Of a stretch of 64,000 bases of DNA, positions 44,829 to 56,179 are shown in pieces. The translations under genes were made by a program, and so were the position numbers. Under the pieces are notes generated by a model. The model saw nothing but the letters and a program-made list of their open reading frames with translations, ran no database searches and was not told the origin of the DNA. Origin of the DNA: an uncultured bacterium (lineage in GTDB: Bacteria; Verrucomicrobiota; Verrucomicrobiia; Limisphaerales; UBA8199); contig CAVVMW010000019.1 of the NCBI GenBank assembly GCA_963749495.1, forward strand, positions 1 to 64,000, in the 5' to 3' direction. Within the stretch, counting starts at the first letter, position 1. Each line of letters opens with the position of its first letter.

Positions 44829-47800
44829 TCACGGTAGGAGCACCACCCGGTAAAACCGTTGGGCGTTGCCGCTGGCGGTCGAGTCGGTGAAGGTGGCGGT
44901 GGAATTGGTGGCGGACACGCCGGCCAGGGGGAGCCAGGAGGGATCGTCGAGATGGGATTTGCACTCGACACGGTAAGTCCGGTTGGGGAGGGCGGTCCAA
45001 CTGAAAGCGGGCTGGCCGCCGGGTGTGATTTGGAGGCCGGAGAGGCTCGGGGGTGGTGGAGCGACGGCATTGGTGTTGAGGACCTGCACCACGGCAGCCA
45101 GATTGGGCAGGAGGTTGCCGTAGAAATCCAGGGCCTGGAAGTTCAGGACATTGGTAGCGCCGGCCAGGGGGACGGTCATTTTCCAGGCGATGGGGCTGAC
45201 CCAGGCGACCGGCATGGGCTGGCCATTGACGGTGATGGTCTTGGCCTCGACAGGAGCGGTCCCGGACAGGAGCGCGAAGTTGGTCCCGGTCAGGAGGTTG
45301 GTGGGACCGCTGACGGTGAAGAGGGCATTGGCGACGCCCTGGTTGGTCAGCGCGCGCAGCAGCGAATTGTGCATCGTGCCGATCCAATTCTTGAGCCCCG
45401 CGGCGCCGGGCTCGGCCACATTATAGGGCGGCGAGGCCAGGCCGTTGGCGGCGAAGGCGGCGTACTTTGCGTCCAGGACCGGGTTCACACAAGCGTTGTT
45501 CATCGCCACGGCGGCGATTTCCTTGAAGGCGCGCAGGTAGGCCCGGCGGTAGGGCGGATAGCTCTGGAAATAACCCATCGGCCAGTTGCCTTTGGGGACG
45601 CACGGCTGGACCTGCTGGTTCCAATTGAACAACATGCTCCCATCGTCCGGTTGGGAAGCGCCGCCGCTGCCCAGGGTGATGTTCCAATCCCACTTGAAGA
45701 GGGTCCATTTGCCGAGGGTCGGTTTGTAGCAATACATGTTCCACTCGTTCTCGTTGCCGATGGAATCCATGTCGCCGGTGGCGTGTTCGATGGCGAACAT
45801 GCGCAGGAGCTGCTCGGTATCGACGAGGTCCTCGAGGTTGGAGACGTAGCCCGGGGTGTTGGTGGCGTTGAAGGCATCGATCATGGCGAAGACGTTGGTG
45901 AAGTTGTTCGCCGAATCGGGGTATTGGCGCACCCAGTAGTTCCAGCGGTAGCGGGCGAGTTTGTGCTGGCCGGGCACGCCGTTGAGGGTAGTGGTGAATT
46001 TGTTGAGGGTACACCAGGAGTAATTGCCGTCGCTGCTGGTGCCGGTGGGGTCGAATTCGAACCAGGCATTGTTCTTGTAAAGCCACCCGTTGTTGTCGAG
46101 GGGGAAATACTCATTGAGGATGTCGCCGCCGGGCACCTGGCTGTCTTCCATGAGCGGTCCGTGGCGGTTGCCGTTGACATACAGGACATAGTAGCGGCGG
46201 TAGTTCCAGGGCAGCCCGATCTGCCGGGCCATCCAATAGGAGGCCTGTTCGCGCTGGATCGAGTTGTCATCCAGCGGCCCGTTGCCCGGCACGTGCTGTT
46301 TGTTGAACGAGGCGGTGCCCAGGAACTTGTCGTCCTCGGGCATGGTCCAGTGCATGCCGCCGAGGGTCGTGACCGGCGAACCGGAGGTACTGGTGATAGG
46401 GGCTGCCGGCGAAGCGTCCGAGGGCATTGTAGATGATGCGCCCGCCGCCATCGACGAAGGTGAAATCGTGGCTTTCGTTGCTCAGCGCCTGCTGGTCGGC
46501 CCAGCGAATGAGCCAGTTTTGGGTGAGCCAGAGATGATAGTGGTCGAAGCTGCCCAGCGGGAGCGTGTCGCCGAACCTGACGACGCACTCGCGCGGAAGA
46601 TTGCTGTTGTCCTTGAGGTCTGCGGGGAAGATGGCGCTCACGCCGGCGGGGTCTTGAGCCGCACGACAAAGGCCACGACGGCCCCGGCGGACTGGCCCGG
46701 GATGGTGGCGCTGTAGAGGCCGTCGCCCGCGATGGCATCGCCGTTGGCGCCGCCGTCGTTCATCGGCACCGAGGTGTAGGTGGTTGCGGGGTCGAGCCGG
46801 TAGTGGAGCGTGGGCGTGAGGGCCGAGCGGCCATGGAAGCGGGCGGTGACCACGACCGGCTGGCCGGCCGCCGGGACAGGCGGGGAGTGCTGAACCTGGA
46901 AGATGGCGGGGCCGGGCGAGGCGGTGAAGCGGCTGTTGCGCAGCCCCGGGCTGCCGAGGTTGGCCGGCACCGGCAGGGCCCCGGTCAATTCGATCCAGTT
47001 GCCGTGTACTCGCAGCAAGACCTCGGGCGACCCTTTGAGCCAGCGGCCTTGGAGTCGCAAGGTGGCGGTTTGCCCCCCTTTGAGCGTGGCGGCGCTCAGG
47101 AAGCTCTGCACGCCATTGGCGCCTGTCCACATCCCGTCGCTGGAGCGCAGGTGAAGGCTATTGGGGCTTTGGTAACCGCCCAGGCCGCTGCTGGGCTCGA
47201 GGCCGGACCGGACATGATCGCCCTGGCACGTCCAGCCGGAGAGCCCGGCCTCGAAATCGCCATTCACGACGTAGTTCGTGCCGGTGGGGCCGCCGGGCCG
47301 GACCTCGATGTTGTCGATCAAACACTCCCCAACGTCCAGCAGGCCCACCTGGACCAGGTCCACCGGTTTGCCCTGGTAACCGTAGCCATTGTCGAGCACG
47401 CCCGTGAATTCGAGGTTGGTCCAGGCAGACTTCCAGGTCTCGTCGCTGTCGGCCCAATTGGAGGCGAGCCGGTGGTTGGTCTGGGGATGAATGAGTTCGA
47501 GGCTGCTGCCCCCGCCGTGGGCCCATTGGCCCCAGCGGCCGCCGATGTCGTAGGTGACCTCATCCTCGACCACCAGGATGGTATTGGTCATCACCAGTCC
47601 CGTGCTATTGGTCTGGACCAGGTCCTCCGGCCGGGCCAGCGCCAGGCGCCCGCCTGTGTGCGGCAGTTTTTTCGCGAAGTCGCCGACTGTGTTGGTCGCG
47701 TTCAACTGGGAATAATGAGCAAAGAGGTTGGTCCGGTTGCGGGCCAGCACCAGGTAGGAATCGGGGCCGATGGGGGTATTGGGCGGGAAGGTGAGAGCGG

Positions 47801-50800
47801 ACTTGGCGCCCGCCGTGAAGCTCCACCCGGCCAGGTCCACGACGTTGGTCCCCTGGTTGTAGAGTTCGACATACTGGTCGTCGTCATTGCCCGAGATGGG
47901 CCGGTACATGATTTCGTTGATGACGATTTCGCCTATGCGAATAGCGCCGTTGGGCGCGCCCGGAGTCGGGGCGGCCAGCGGATAGAAGTCGCTCGACCCG
48001 TCCGGCCATCGGCCAAAGGAAATCCCCAGCCCCTGCGGCTCATAAGAGACGGCGTCCAGGACAGCGCCGTCCGGCGCCCTGAACAGGAGCAGGCCGCCGG
48101 CCGGGTTTGGGGCAAAGCCCAGTTGGGCGGACACCAAGGCGAGATACCCGCCTGCCGGGATAGCTGAGTTTGCGGGCAGAACGAATTTGGGGGTGCTGGC
48201 GTCGTCCGTGAGCACACACCCGGAGAGGTCGACCGCCTTGAGGCTGTGGTTGTAGAGTTCGACGTAGGCGCTCTGGCCGTCGGCGGGATGGGCGAGGAAC
48301 TCGTTGATGAGGACATTGCGCAGGGGGCTGGGCCGGTAGGCCTCCGGGGCGCCGGGCGAACCTCCCGGCGCATCGCTGAGCGCCCAGGCCCGCCAATCGC
48401 CTTCACCGTAACTGGGCCGCGCCAGGACGATCGAGTGCCCCGTGCCGTCGGCCCCGGCCGGCCAGGGCAACGTGTTGCTGTAGGGCACTTCCAGGAGGAT
48501 GGCGCCCCGCTCGCTGAGCAATTGGACCAGGCCAGATTTCCTGAGCGCGGCGATGTAAGGGCCCACCACATTGGTCAGTCCATAGACCGCTTGCAGATCC
48601 GCCGGCGCGGCGGCCACGACCAGGAACCCGCCCCCCGGCAGGACCGTGCCGGCGGGAAACTGGAAGAAGATGTCGCCCGTCAATTGGCAGCCGCTGACAT
48701 CTTCCCAGCAGGGATTCGAGTTATAGAGTTCGATGTATGCCAGGTCCTTGCCATCGGACCGGGCCGCGGGCGAGTACATGATCTCCGAAATCGCCAGCGG
48801 GGTGCGCCGGCTGCACGGCCCCGGCGGTTCATACGGACTGGCCACGGTGCCCAGGAGCGAACTGGCCACCTCGGCCAGGTCCCGGAACTGGGCCAGCGAG
48901 GCTGCCCCCGCGTTGTGACTGCTGACCACCAGCCCCAGATAAACCTGGCCGGCCATGGTGATGCTTGCGCTGGCCAGTTGGGTCCAGGTCTGCCCGTCGT
49001 AACTGGCGAAACCGGCGAACGCATTGCCGGAGCGTTTGAGGCGCAACCACGTATTGGGGAAGTTGCCGGGCAGCGACCCGCCTGAAGTTGCGGCGCCCTG
49101 GGGCGCAGCGCGCCATTCGAAGAAGGAGCCGACCATGGCGGGCGTGGCAATCGTGGCGGCGAACCGGCTGCCCGGGTCCAGGCCCTCGCGGGCCATCAGC
49201 CCCGCCTTGGCCCAGACGTCCGACAGGGCCAGGCCCGCCACCCGCACAGCCACGTCGAAGTCGCCCCTGCGCAACTGGTAAGCGAAGCTGCACTGGTCGG
49301 CGGCGCTGCCGAGGTCAAAACCGTTGCCCCAGAGGTCCATGCCGCCGGGCACGGGCTGCTGGCCGCCGGCGGGAGACGGAGTGCCGATGGCATAAATGGC
49401 GTAAGCGGATGCAACGAATTGGGCCTGGGAATTGGGAGCGATGAGGTTCCCGGCGGCGGATTGGTCCGCCAGGTTGTTCACGGTGACGGTGTAAGCGGCC
49501 CCATCGGTCATGGCGCCGACGTCGAGCAGGACGTTGGTTTGCGAGGCATCGAGGGTGGCGCTGGCCAGGAGGAGGGGGCCGTTGGCGCCGGCTGCCAGAT
49601 AATTGGCCGCGTTGGTTGCGGTGGCGGGGTTGAGGCGCTCGGAGAAGGTCAGCCGCACCTGGCCCAGCCCCAGGGCCTGCGCCCCGAGCAGCACCGGCGG
49701 GTTGGTGTCGGCGATGACGGTAAGGGACGCGACGCTGCTGGTGACCGCGTAAGTCACGTTGCTGACTACGTTTTGGACGACGACCGTGAACAGGGCGCCG
49801 TTATCGGCGTAAGGGGTCGAGGGGATCGTGTAACTGGCGCCGGCAGCGCCGGGGACGGCTGCGCCGTTCTCGTACCACTGATAAGTGGGGGCGGTGCCCA
49901 AGGCGCCCACAGTGAAGGCCGCCGGGCTCAACTCCATTACGGTCTGGCCCTGCGGCTGGGTGGCGATTGAGACCGGGACCTGCACGAACGCCATCGGCGC
50001 CACAAGGATCCTGGGCAAACCCGCGGCCTTGATGAGGATGTAATCGACGTTGAATTCGGCCAGGCCGCCGAGGCTGCCGGCCGTGACGCCCGCATAGCCG
50101 GTGCGCGTCGAACGGCCCGGTGTATAGTCCCATGCCAGTTGCCAGGCGGACGGCTCGGGGACGGAGCCGTCCCCCAGCCAGGCCCTTCCAAAGACATCGT
50201 TCACCCCGCCCTGGGAAGCCGCATTGGGCTCCTGCCGCAGCCGGACCCAGTACCACGTGTTGGGCTGCCAAGCAAAATTCTGGCCCGGTCCCCAGGCGCG
50301 CAGGTCATCCAGGAACGCGAGGTGAGCGCCCGTCTGCCCTTCGCTGTTCATGTTGCGAAACAAGTAATTGATCCCCTGGCTGGAAGACGCGTCCACTCCC
50401 ACACCCACGCCGCCGCGCGTACCGTCGCCGGAGCCAAAACTGGTGATGCGGATGCGCGCCAGCACCTCCTGCACCGTGTCGTCGTAACCAGGCAGCGCGT
50501 AAAGCAAATGGTTCGGATCACCCGAGGCCGTGGCGACGTGCAGGATGCCGTTGCTGACCGAAAAGACGCCCGCCCCGCTCACCACCCAGTTCACGTCCAG
50601 CGCAGCCGAGGTGAAATCATCCTGGAAGCCGTTCACGGTCGTGCCCGCGTCCGAGGGCAGGAATGGCTGGGCCGGGAGCTGGAAACAGGCAAGCAACAAG
50701 GCCAGAACAGCCGGCCACGGGCCGTTGCGGCCCGAATGCCGGAGATACGCCCGCTGCCGGGCGCGCCTCGGTGCCGGGGAGGCTCTAAGAGAATCGTGCT

Positions 50801-50807
50801 TCAACAT
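44829..50807 (-). CDS. giant secreted protein: Ig-like + lamin-tail domains + CotH kinase + PVC C-terminal domain; frameshifts near 46660 and 46380
   Basis: ISEIMY, LINEFL and VINEIMY lamin-tail motifs; YVLYVNG, GWLYK and GDMDS..NEWNMY CotH-like motifs; ends in QRFYRV. Confidence 0.75.
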
Positions 50808-51233
50808 CAAACAATGCTCGTGCCCGGGCCGCGCATCCCGCACGGTACTCTTGTAGCGGCTGGGCAAAGCAAAGTAAAGCCAAATCGCTGGAAAGGTCAC
50901 CGAACAAAAGGAGTTGCAGAATTTAGGCTTTGGCAGAGGATGGCCGCGTGAGTGAACTGACCTGCCAATGGCCAAGTCCCATATCCAGATCGCAGTGCGA
51001 AACTCTTCAGCCATCCTCGGTTGGTTCAAGCCCAACCTTGACAATGCTCCAACTTGAGGGTTGAACGAAGCCGCTTCGCGGCGGAGAAGACGGGACTCCT
51101 GCGGCTTCGCAGTTCGCAGGCTGGAGGGCTTGTTTTGCATTGGCCTTTGGTGGGGACTCCCCCAGACTGATGACGGTTCGCCGTGCATTGACGCACGGCA
51201 AACCGTCACCATTAACTTGTAGCTACCGCAGCT

Positions 51234-52123
51234 ATGGATATAAAAAAAGTTCTCCTCACGCAATCCTGAACCGCTTTGCCGATGACCTGGCTCTGCTGCC
51301 GCTCCAGCCCCGAAGCCAAGAGATCTACTGGGTCTGTGTACGCCAACTCTCCGATCACTTTGAGCGCTCGCCCGACTTGGTCAGCGCCGAGGAACTGCGC
51401 CAGTATTTCATCCATCTCAAGACCGAGCGGCACTTGGCCCGCCAAACCTCCACGCAGGCTTTGTGTGCCATCAAACTCTTCTGGGAGAAAACCCTCCAGC
51501 GGCCCTGGCCCGCGGAACTGGAGTTTGTGCGCGCCACGCCCCAATTCAAGCTGCCAGTTATCCTCTCGGCCTCCGAGGTGCGCACGATTATCGCCCAGGT
51601 TGGCCCTCTGGACCATCGGGTCGCCCTGACGACGATCTACTCCTGTGGCCTGCGCTTGGGCGAAGCCGTCAACCTGGAAGTCGGCGACATCGATTCCCAA
51701 CGGATGTTCTTGCACATCCGGGCGGGCAAGGGCAACCGCGACCGTTATGTGCCCTTGCCCCAGCGCACCCTGGAACTGCTGCGCGAACTCTGGCGCAGCC
51801 ACCGCCATCCACGATGGCTCTTCCCAGCTAAAGGCCACAGCGGTCTGGGCGCTCTTACCGCCACCGAGCCCATGAACCGCACCACGCTGCAACGAGCCTT
51901 CCGTCTGGCCCTGCACGCCAGCGGCATCAAAAAGGCGGCCCACATTCATACGCTGCGCCACAGCTATGCCACCCACCTGCTGGAGCAAGGCGAAAACCTC
52001 CGCCAATTGCAGGTCAACCTCGGCCATCACAGCCCCGTCACCACCGTCATCTACACCCACTTAACCACCCTCTGTCAGACTCAGCACCAGCAGCGCATTA
52101 ACAAGTTCATGGGCGACCTCTAG
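51234..52123 (+). CDS. tyrosine recombinase, copy 2 (start ambiguous)
   Basis: Same motifs as copy 1. Confidence 0.9.
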
Positions 52124-52134
52124 GCGGCCTCTCA

Positions 52135-53377
52135 ATGGCCGCAGCCGCTCAGGACAGCGGCAGCTCCTTATCCGTCCACGAAGTGTTGTGCCGATGGGCT
52201 CCGGCCTATCTGGAGCAGTTCGGAGCTGCCATGCCCACCCGCCAGTGCCGGGTGCTGCAACGCCTCTTGGCTTGCCGCACCCCGGCCCTGGGCGGGGCGA
52301 TGTACTGTTGCCCCAAGTGCGACCACCGCCACTTCAGTTATCACTCCTGCAACGACCGGCACTGCCCGCAGTGCGGCGGCCAGGATGCCCAGCAGTGGCT
52401 TGATGAGAATAGCGCCCTGTTGCTGCCGGTGAACTATTTCCTGGTCACCTTCACCGTGCCCAACGGCTTGCGCCGCTGGATCCGCTCTCACCCCCAAAAG
52501 GGCTATGACCTGCTCCTGGCCTCCAGTTCCCAGGCCCTGCAGGATCTGGCTCAAAATCCCAAACGCCTCGGCGCCACCCTCGGTATGCTGGGCGTGCTCC
52601 ACACCTGGACGCGCACCCTCGAATACCATCCCCACGTCCACTACCTGGTGCCCGGCGGGGGCCTCAGCCCGGACCAGCGCCAGTGGATCTCCAGCCGCCC
52701 TCGGTTCCTGTTGCCGGTCAAAGCCCTGAGCGATCGCTGCCGCACGCTTTACCACCAGGCACTCCAAGAGCAGATGCCCGAGGCCCTTGATGACCTCCCG
52801 GCCAACCTCTGGCAGCAACGCTGGGTCGTTCACAGCGCTGCTGTCGGCAGGGGCCAAAAGGCGTTGCGCTACCTCAGCCGTTACGTGTTTAAAACCGCCA
52901 CCGGCAATCGCCAACTCCAATTGCTGCCTGACGGACGCTTGCGCTGGCCCTTCCGCCACAGTGCCACGGGGGCTTGGGGCCACATGGACATGGCCCCCTT
53001 CGAGTTCCTCCGCCGCTTCCTCCAGCACGTCCTGCCGCTCAGATTCCATCGGGTCCGCCGCTTTGGCTGGCTCCATCCAGGGGGACGCGCCCAGTTCAAC
53101 CGCGTCCGAGCCCCTGCTCAAAATACCGCCCTTACTCTCCGCGGCCGAGAAAGCCGCTTGGCAGCCTCCGACCTCCAGCCCGCCGACTGACCCGGCCTTG
53201 GCCGCTCAAGGAGTCTGCGCCCAGCCCACACCCCTGCCTGTCCGGCAGGCAGGCCTGCTTTGTCCGCATTGTGGCACCGGGCTGGTCCTGGTCGGCTCCT
53301 GGCGCCCAGGACAAAAGGTCATCTACTTGCCCGACGGCTCCCCCGTCGGCGTCCGCCGCACCATCAGGCCGCCATGA
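52135..53377 (+). CDS. IS91-family transposase, copy 2 (extra C near 53112; 21-bp insertion at 53237)
   Basis: Alignment by eye to copy 1. Confidence 0.9.
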
Positions 53378-53787
53378 AAACTACGCCCTGGACCACCTCA
53401 CTGCTCGTTCCGGCTGGGGGGCCAACTCCCACCCCCGCGCTTTGTTCGCGTGGCACCCGCTTCAGCGTCCCAAGGGGCCGGCGGCCGATCCCGGAACCTC
53501 CACGACGCTGCTGCCCAGTCAGCACCGGGACTGGCGCAGCTTGGCACGGCTCTGACCCGTCCCCAAAAGCCTCGACCGCACACCGTAGTCAAAGCCAGAT
53601 CCGGCACTTTCCGCAGTACCCCCAAGGATGGCCCAACGAACCTTGGGCCGCGGCTTCGTTCAACCCAGGAATGTAAAGAACACGGGGGCGGTCCCAACTT
53701 CTCCAAAGTCACTTCTGTATTCCCGAGTCCCGGATTATCTCGCCCCCGCGTTCTCTACATTCCTTTTTCTGTTGTATTTCTCTGACT

Positions 53788-53965
53788 ATGAAAAATGGAA
53801 TGCTGACGTACGCTCCGGCGCCGCGAACCCGAAGGGAGAAGCGCGCCCTGGTGAACCGCGTCGTTAGGAAGGTCGCCTCGATGTCTCCGCAGGAGCGTTT
53901 CGCCACCATGGTCCGCGCCGGCATTTACACCAGGACTGGCCAGTTGCGCAAGCGCTACGGCGGCC
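53788..53965 (+). CDS. small basic hypothetical protein (3' end uncertain)
   Basis: MKNGMLTY...FATMVRAGIYTRTGQLRKRYGG; the ORF reads on without a stop. Confidence 0.35.
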
Positions 53966-54106
53966 CGGGCTCAGCCGGCTCCGAACCGCGTCAGCCAGGC
54001 GAGTGCGCCCACGCAGCCTGGGGTCTTGATCTCCACGGCCCGGCCCCTTTGACAGACAAGCCTCTTGTGGCATGGTTTGTTGTTTGTTTGACTTTACAAG
54101 AACCTT

Positions 54107-54538
54107 ATGAAGAAAACAGCGATTGCATTGTGCGTCGGGGCCGTGTGTTCTTTGTCCCTCTTGATTGCCCAGGGCGGCGAGAAAAAGGAAGTGAAGGTGG
54201 ATTTCTCGAAGCTCCCGCCCGTTGCGGAGAAGAAAGGCGTGACCTACGCCAAGGACATCAAGCCAATATTCGACGAATCGTGCGCGAAGTGCCACGGCGC
54301 CGAGAAGCCCAAGGCCAAGCTGCGCCTGGACAGCCTGGAGGGAGCGATCAAGGGAGGCGAGGATGGCAAGGTCATCCGGCCCGGTGACAGCACCCACAGC
54401 CTCCTGATCCACTGCGTGGCGCACGCCGGCGACCCGGACATTTACATGCCTCCCCCCAAGAATAAGGCCAACATCCCGCCGTTGTCCAAAGAGCAGATCG
54501 GCCTGGTCCGCGCATGGATTGATCAAGGCGCGAAATAG
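54107..54538 (+). CDS. planctomycete-type cytochrome c domain protein
   Basis: Signal peptide, IKPIFDESCAKCHG (CxxCH), LRLD, MPP and AWIDQGA. Confidence 0.9.
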   Translation: MKKTAIALCVGAVCSLSLLIAQGGEKKEVKVDFSKLPPVAEKKGVTYAKDIKPIFDESCAKCHGAEKPKAKLRLDSLEGAIKGGEDGKVIRPGDSTHSLLIHCVAHAGDPDIYMPPPKNKANIPPLSKEQIGLVRAWIDQGAK

Positions 54539-54798
54539 GTGGGGCGCATCTGACCTTTGTCGGCCCTCGGCAAGCCAGGGAATTGGAGCGCGGCGTCGGG
54601 AAGCCCGCAAGGTTGTGGACTGCGCCAGTCCTCTGGCGCTTTGGCGTCCCCAGGGTCCGAAACGCGGTCCCGATGGGTCGGGGCCGCAGTCCAAAACGCT
54701 TCGCGATTTCGGATGCGCGCTCCCATCGCTCGGTTCCGCCGCCCCGTTCCGGTGTTGACGAGCGGCCTGGGGCGGGCAAGACTCGGCCCCGATCAGCC

Positions 54799-55380
54799 AT
54801 GACCACCGCCAATATCATAACGATCCTGAGGATATTGCTCACCCCCTTTTTCGTGGTCGAGGTGCTCTACTACGTGCGGACGCACAACGAGGTCTATCGC
54901 GTGGCGGCACTCAGCACGTTTGCCGTGGCGGCCATCTGCAACGGGGTGGACGGTTTCATCGCCCGGCGCTACAACCAGCGCAGCGAGTTGGGGGCGATCC
55001 TCGATCCGTTGGCGGACAAACTCCTGCTGGTCTCCGGCATCGTGGTGCTGAGCCTGGACAACGAGCCCTACCTCCACACCATCCCGCTTTGGTTGACCGG
55101 CACGATCATCGGCCGCGACATCCTCCTGCTGGTCGGCCTGGTCGTCATCCAGATGACCGTCGGCAAGGTCAAGGTCCGCCCGCGCGTCCCGGGCAAGATC
55201 GCCACCGTCCTGCAGATGATCGTCATCATTTGGATACTCTTGAAGTGGAGCGACCACTGGCTGGCCTGGTGGACTTTCGGGGCGGCGGTCTTCACGGGCG
55301 TCTCGGGCTTGCTCTATGTTTGGGACGGCGTGCGCCAATTGAGCGCGCACCCCGCCAGCTCGCCCACGACAAGGCAGTAG
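54799..55380 (+). CDS. CDP-alcohol phosphatidyltransferase
   Basis: NIITILR and NGVDGFIARR...LGAILDPLADK (first Asp of the motif reads Asn). Confidence 0.88.
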   Translation: MTTANIITILRILLTPFFVVEVLYYVRTHNEVYRVAALSTFAVAAICNGVDGFIARRYNQRSELGAILDPLADKLLLVSGIVVLSLDNEPYLHTIPLWLTGTIIGRDILLLVGLVVIQMTVGKVKVRPRVPGKIATVLQMIVIIWILLKWSDHWLAWWTFGAAVFTGVSGLLYVWDGVRQLSAHPASSPTTRQ

Positions 55381-55403
55381 GGACGAGGGGCGAGGGGGTG
55401 ACC

Positions 55404-55485
55404 AATGACGAATGACGAATGACGAATGACGAATGACGAATGACGAACGTCGGCGCGCCCCATTCGTCATTCGTCATTCGTCATT
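55404..55485. repeat. GAATGAC heptamer tandem array with inverted partner (similar array at 17281-17311)
   Basis: About six units followed by an inverted TCATTCG run. Confidence 0.9.
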
Positions 55486-55589
55486 CCTCTTTCCCTCGCC
55501 CGTCGTATTTGACAGCACCGCGCCTGTGGAGAACAGTAACCTGCGTAGTGCTCAACCCGTTAACTGTGAACTGATAAGGAATCGGATCT

Positions 55590-56066
55590 ATGGCTATACC
55601 TGTGGGCGCCAAGGCGCCGGACTTTACTCTCAAATCCAAACAAGCCACCGGCCTGGTGGACGTGAAGCTCAGCGACAACCTGGGCAGGAAAAACACCGTG
55701 CTGCTGTTCTTCCCGGCGGCGTTCACCAGCGTTTGCACCCAGGAGATGTGCGACATCAGCAATGGCCTCAAGGCCTACTCCAGCCTCAACGCCAACGTCA
55801 TCGGCATCAGCGTGGACACCCCCTTCGCGCAAGAGGCCTGGGCCCGGCAGGAGAAAATCAATCTCACCCTCGCCAGCGACCTCAACAAGGAGGTCACCAG
55901 GAAGTACGAGGTCGTTTTTCCCATGCTCGCCGGCATCGGGGACACGGCGGCGCGCGCCGCGTTCGTCATCGACAAGCAGGGCGTGGTGCGCTACAGCGAG
56001 CAGACCCCGACCCCCAAGGACCTGCCCAACTTCCAGAAGGTCAAGCAGACACTCCAGGGCCTGTAA
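55590..56066 (+). CDS. peroxiredoxin (AhpE/BCP-like)
   Basis: FFPAAFTSVCTQE (PxxxTxxC), GISVD and RAAFVID. Confidence 0.9.
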   Translation: MAIPVGAKAPDFTLKSKQATGLVDVKLSDNLGRKNTVLLFFPAAFTSVCTQEMCDISNGLKAYSSLNANVIGISVDTPFAQEAWARQEKINLTLASDLNKEVTRKYEVVFPMLAGIGDTAARAAFVIDKQGVVRYSEQTPTPKDLPNFQKVKQTLQGL

Positions 56067-56179
56067 GGCATCGGTGAAGGTGTGAGTGTCACGGGGGCGG
56101 ACCCCTCACCCCGGCCCTCTCCCCTTCGGAAGGGGAGAGGGTTGGGGTGAGGGGCCTCCGGCCCTCGGCCGCCGCGCTA

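Larger units (their letters stand above)
51060..53770 (+). mobile_element. IS91-family element with upstream tyrosine recombinase, copy 2
   Basis: Inverted near-identical copy of 42011-44698; GTTG at both junctions. Confidence 0.9.

Noticed and set aside
51167..51190. CTGATGA + UUCG stem resembling a hammerhead ribozyme
   Set aside because: The required GAAA does not follow the stem; a simple long hairpin explains it better.
50808..51263. N-terminal extension of the 1541-aa ORF
   Set aside because: It reads through the IS end and intergenic DNA; the signal-like region starts after 50807.
43636..52123. Recombinases as integron integrases
   Set aside because: No IntI-specific insertion or attC cassette array seen; both belong to the IS91-type element.
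55404..55485. Possible CRISPR array (also 24904-25287 and 33466-33669)
   Set aside because: No unique spacers and no cas genes; these are a microsatellite or coding duplications.
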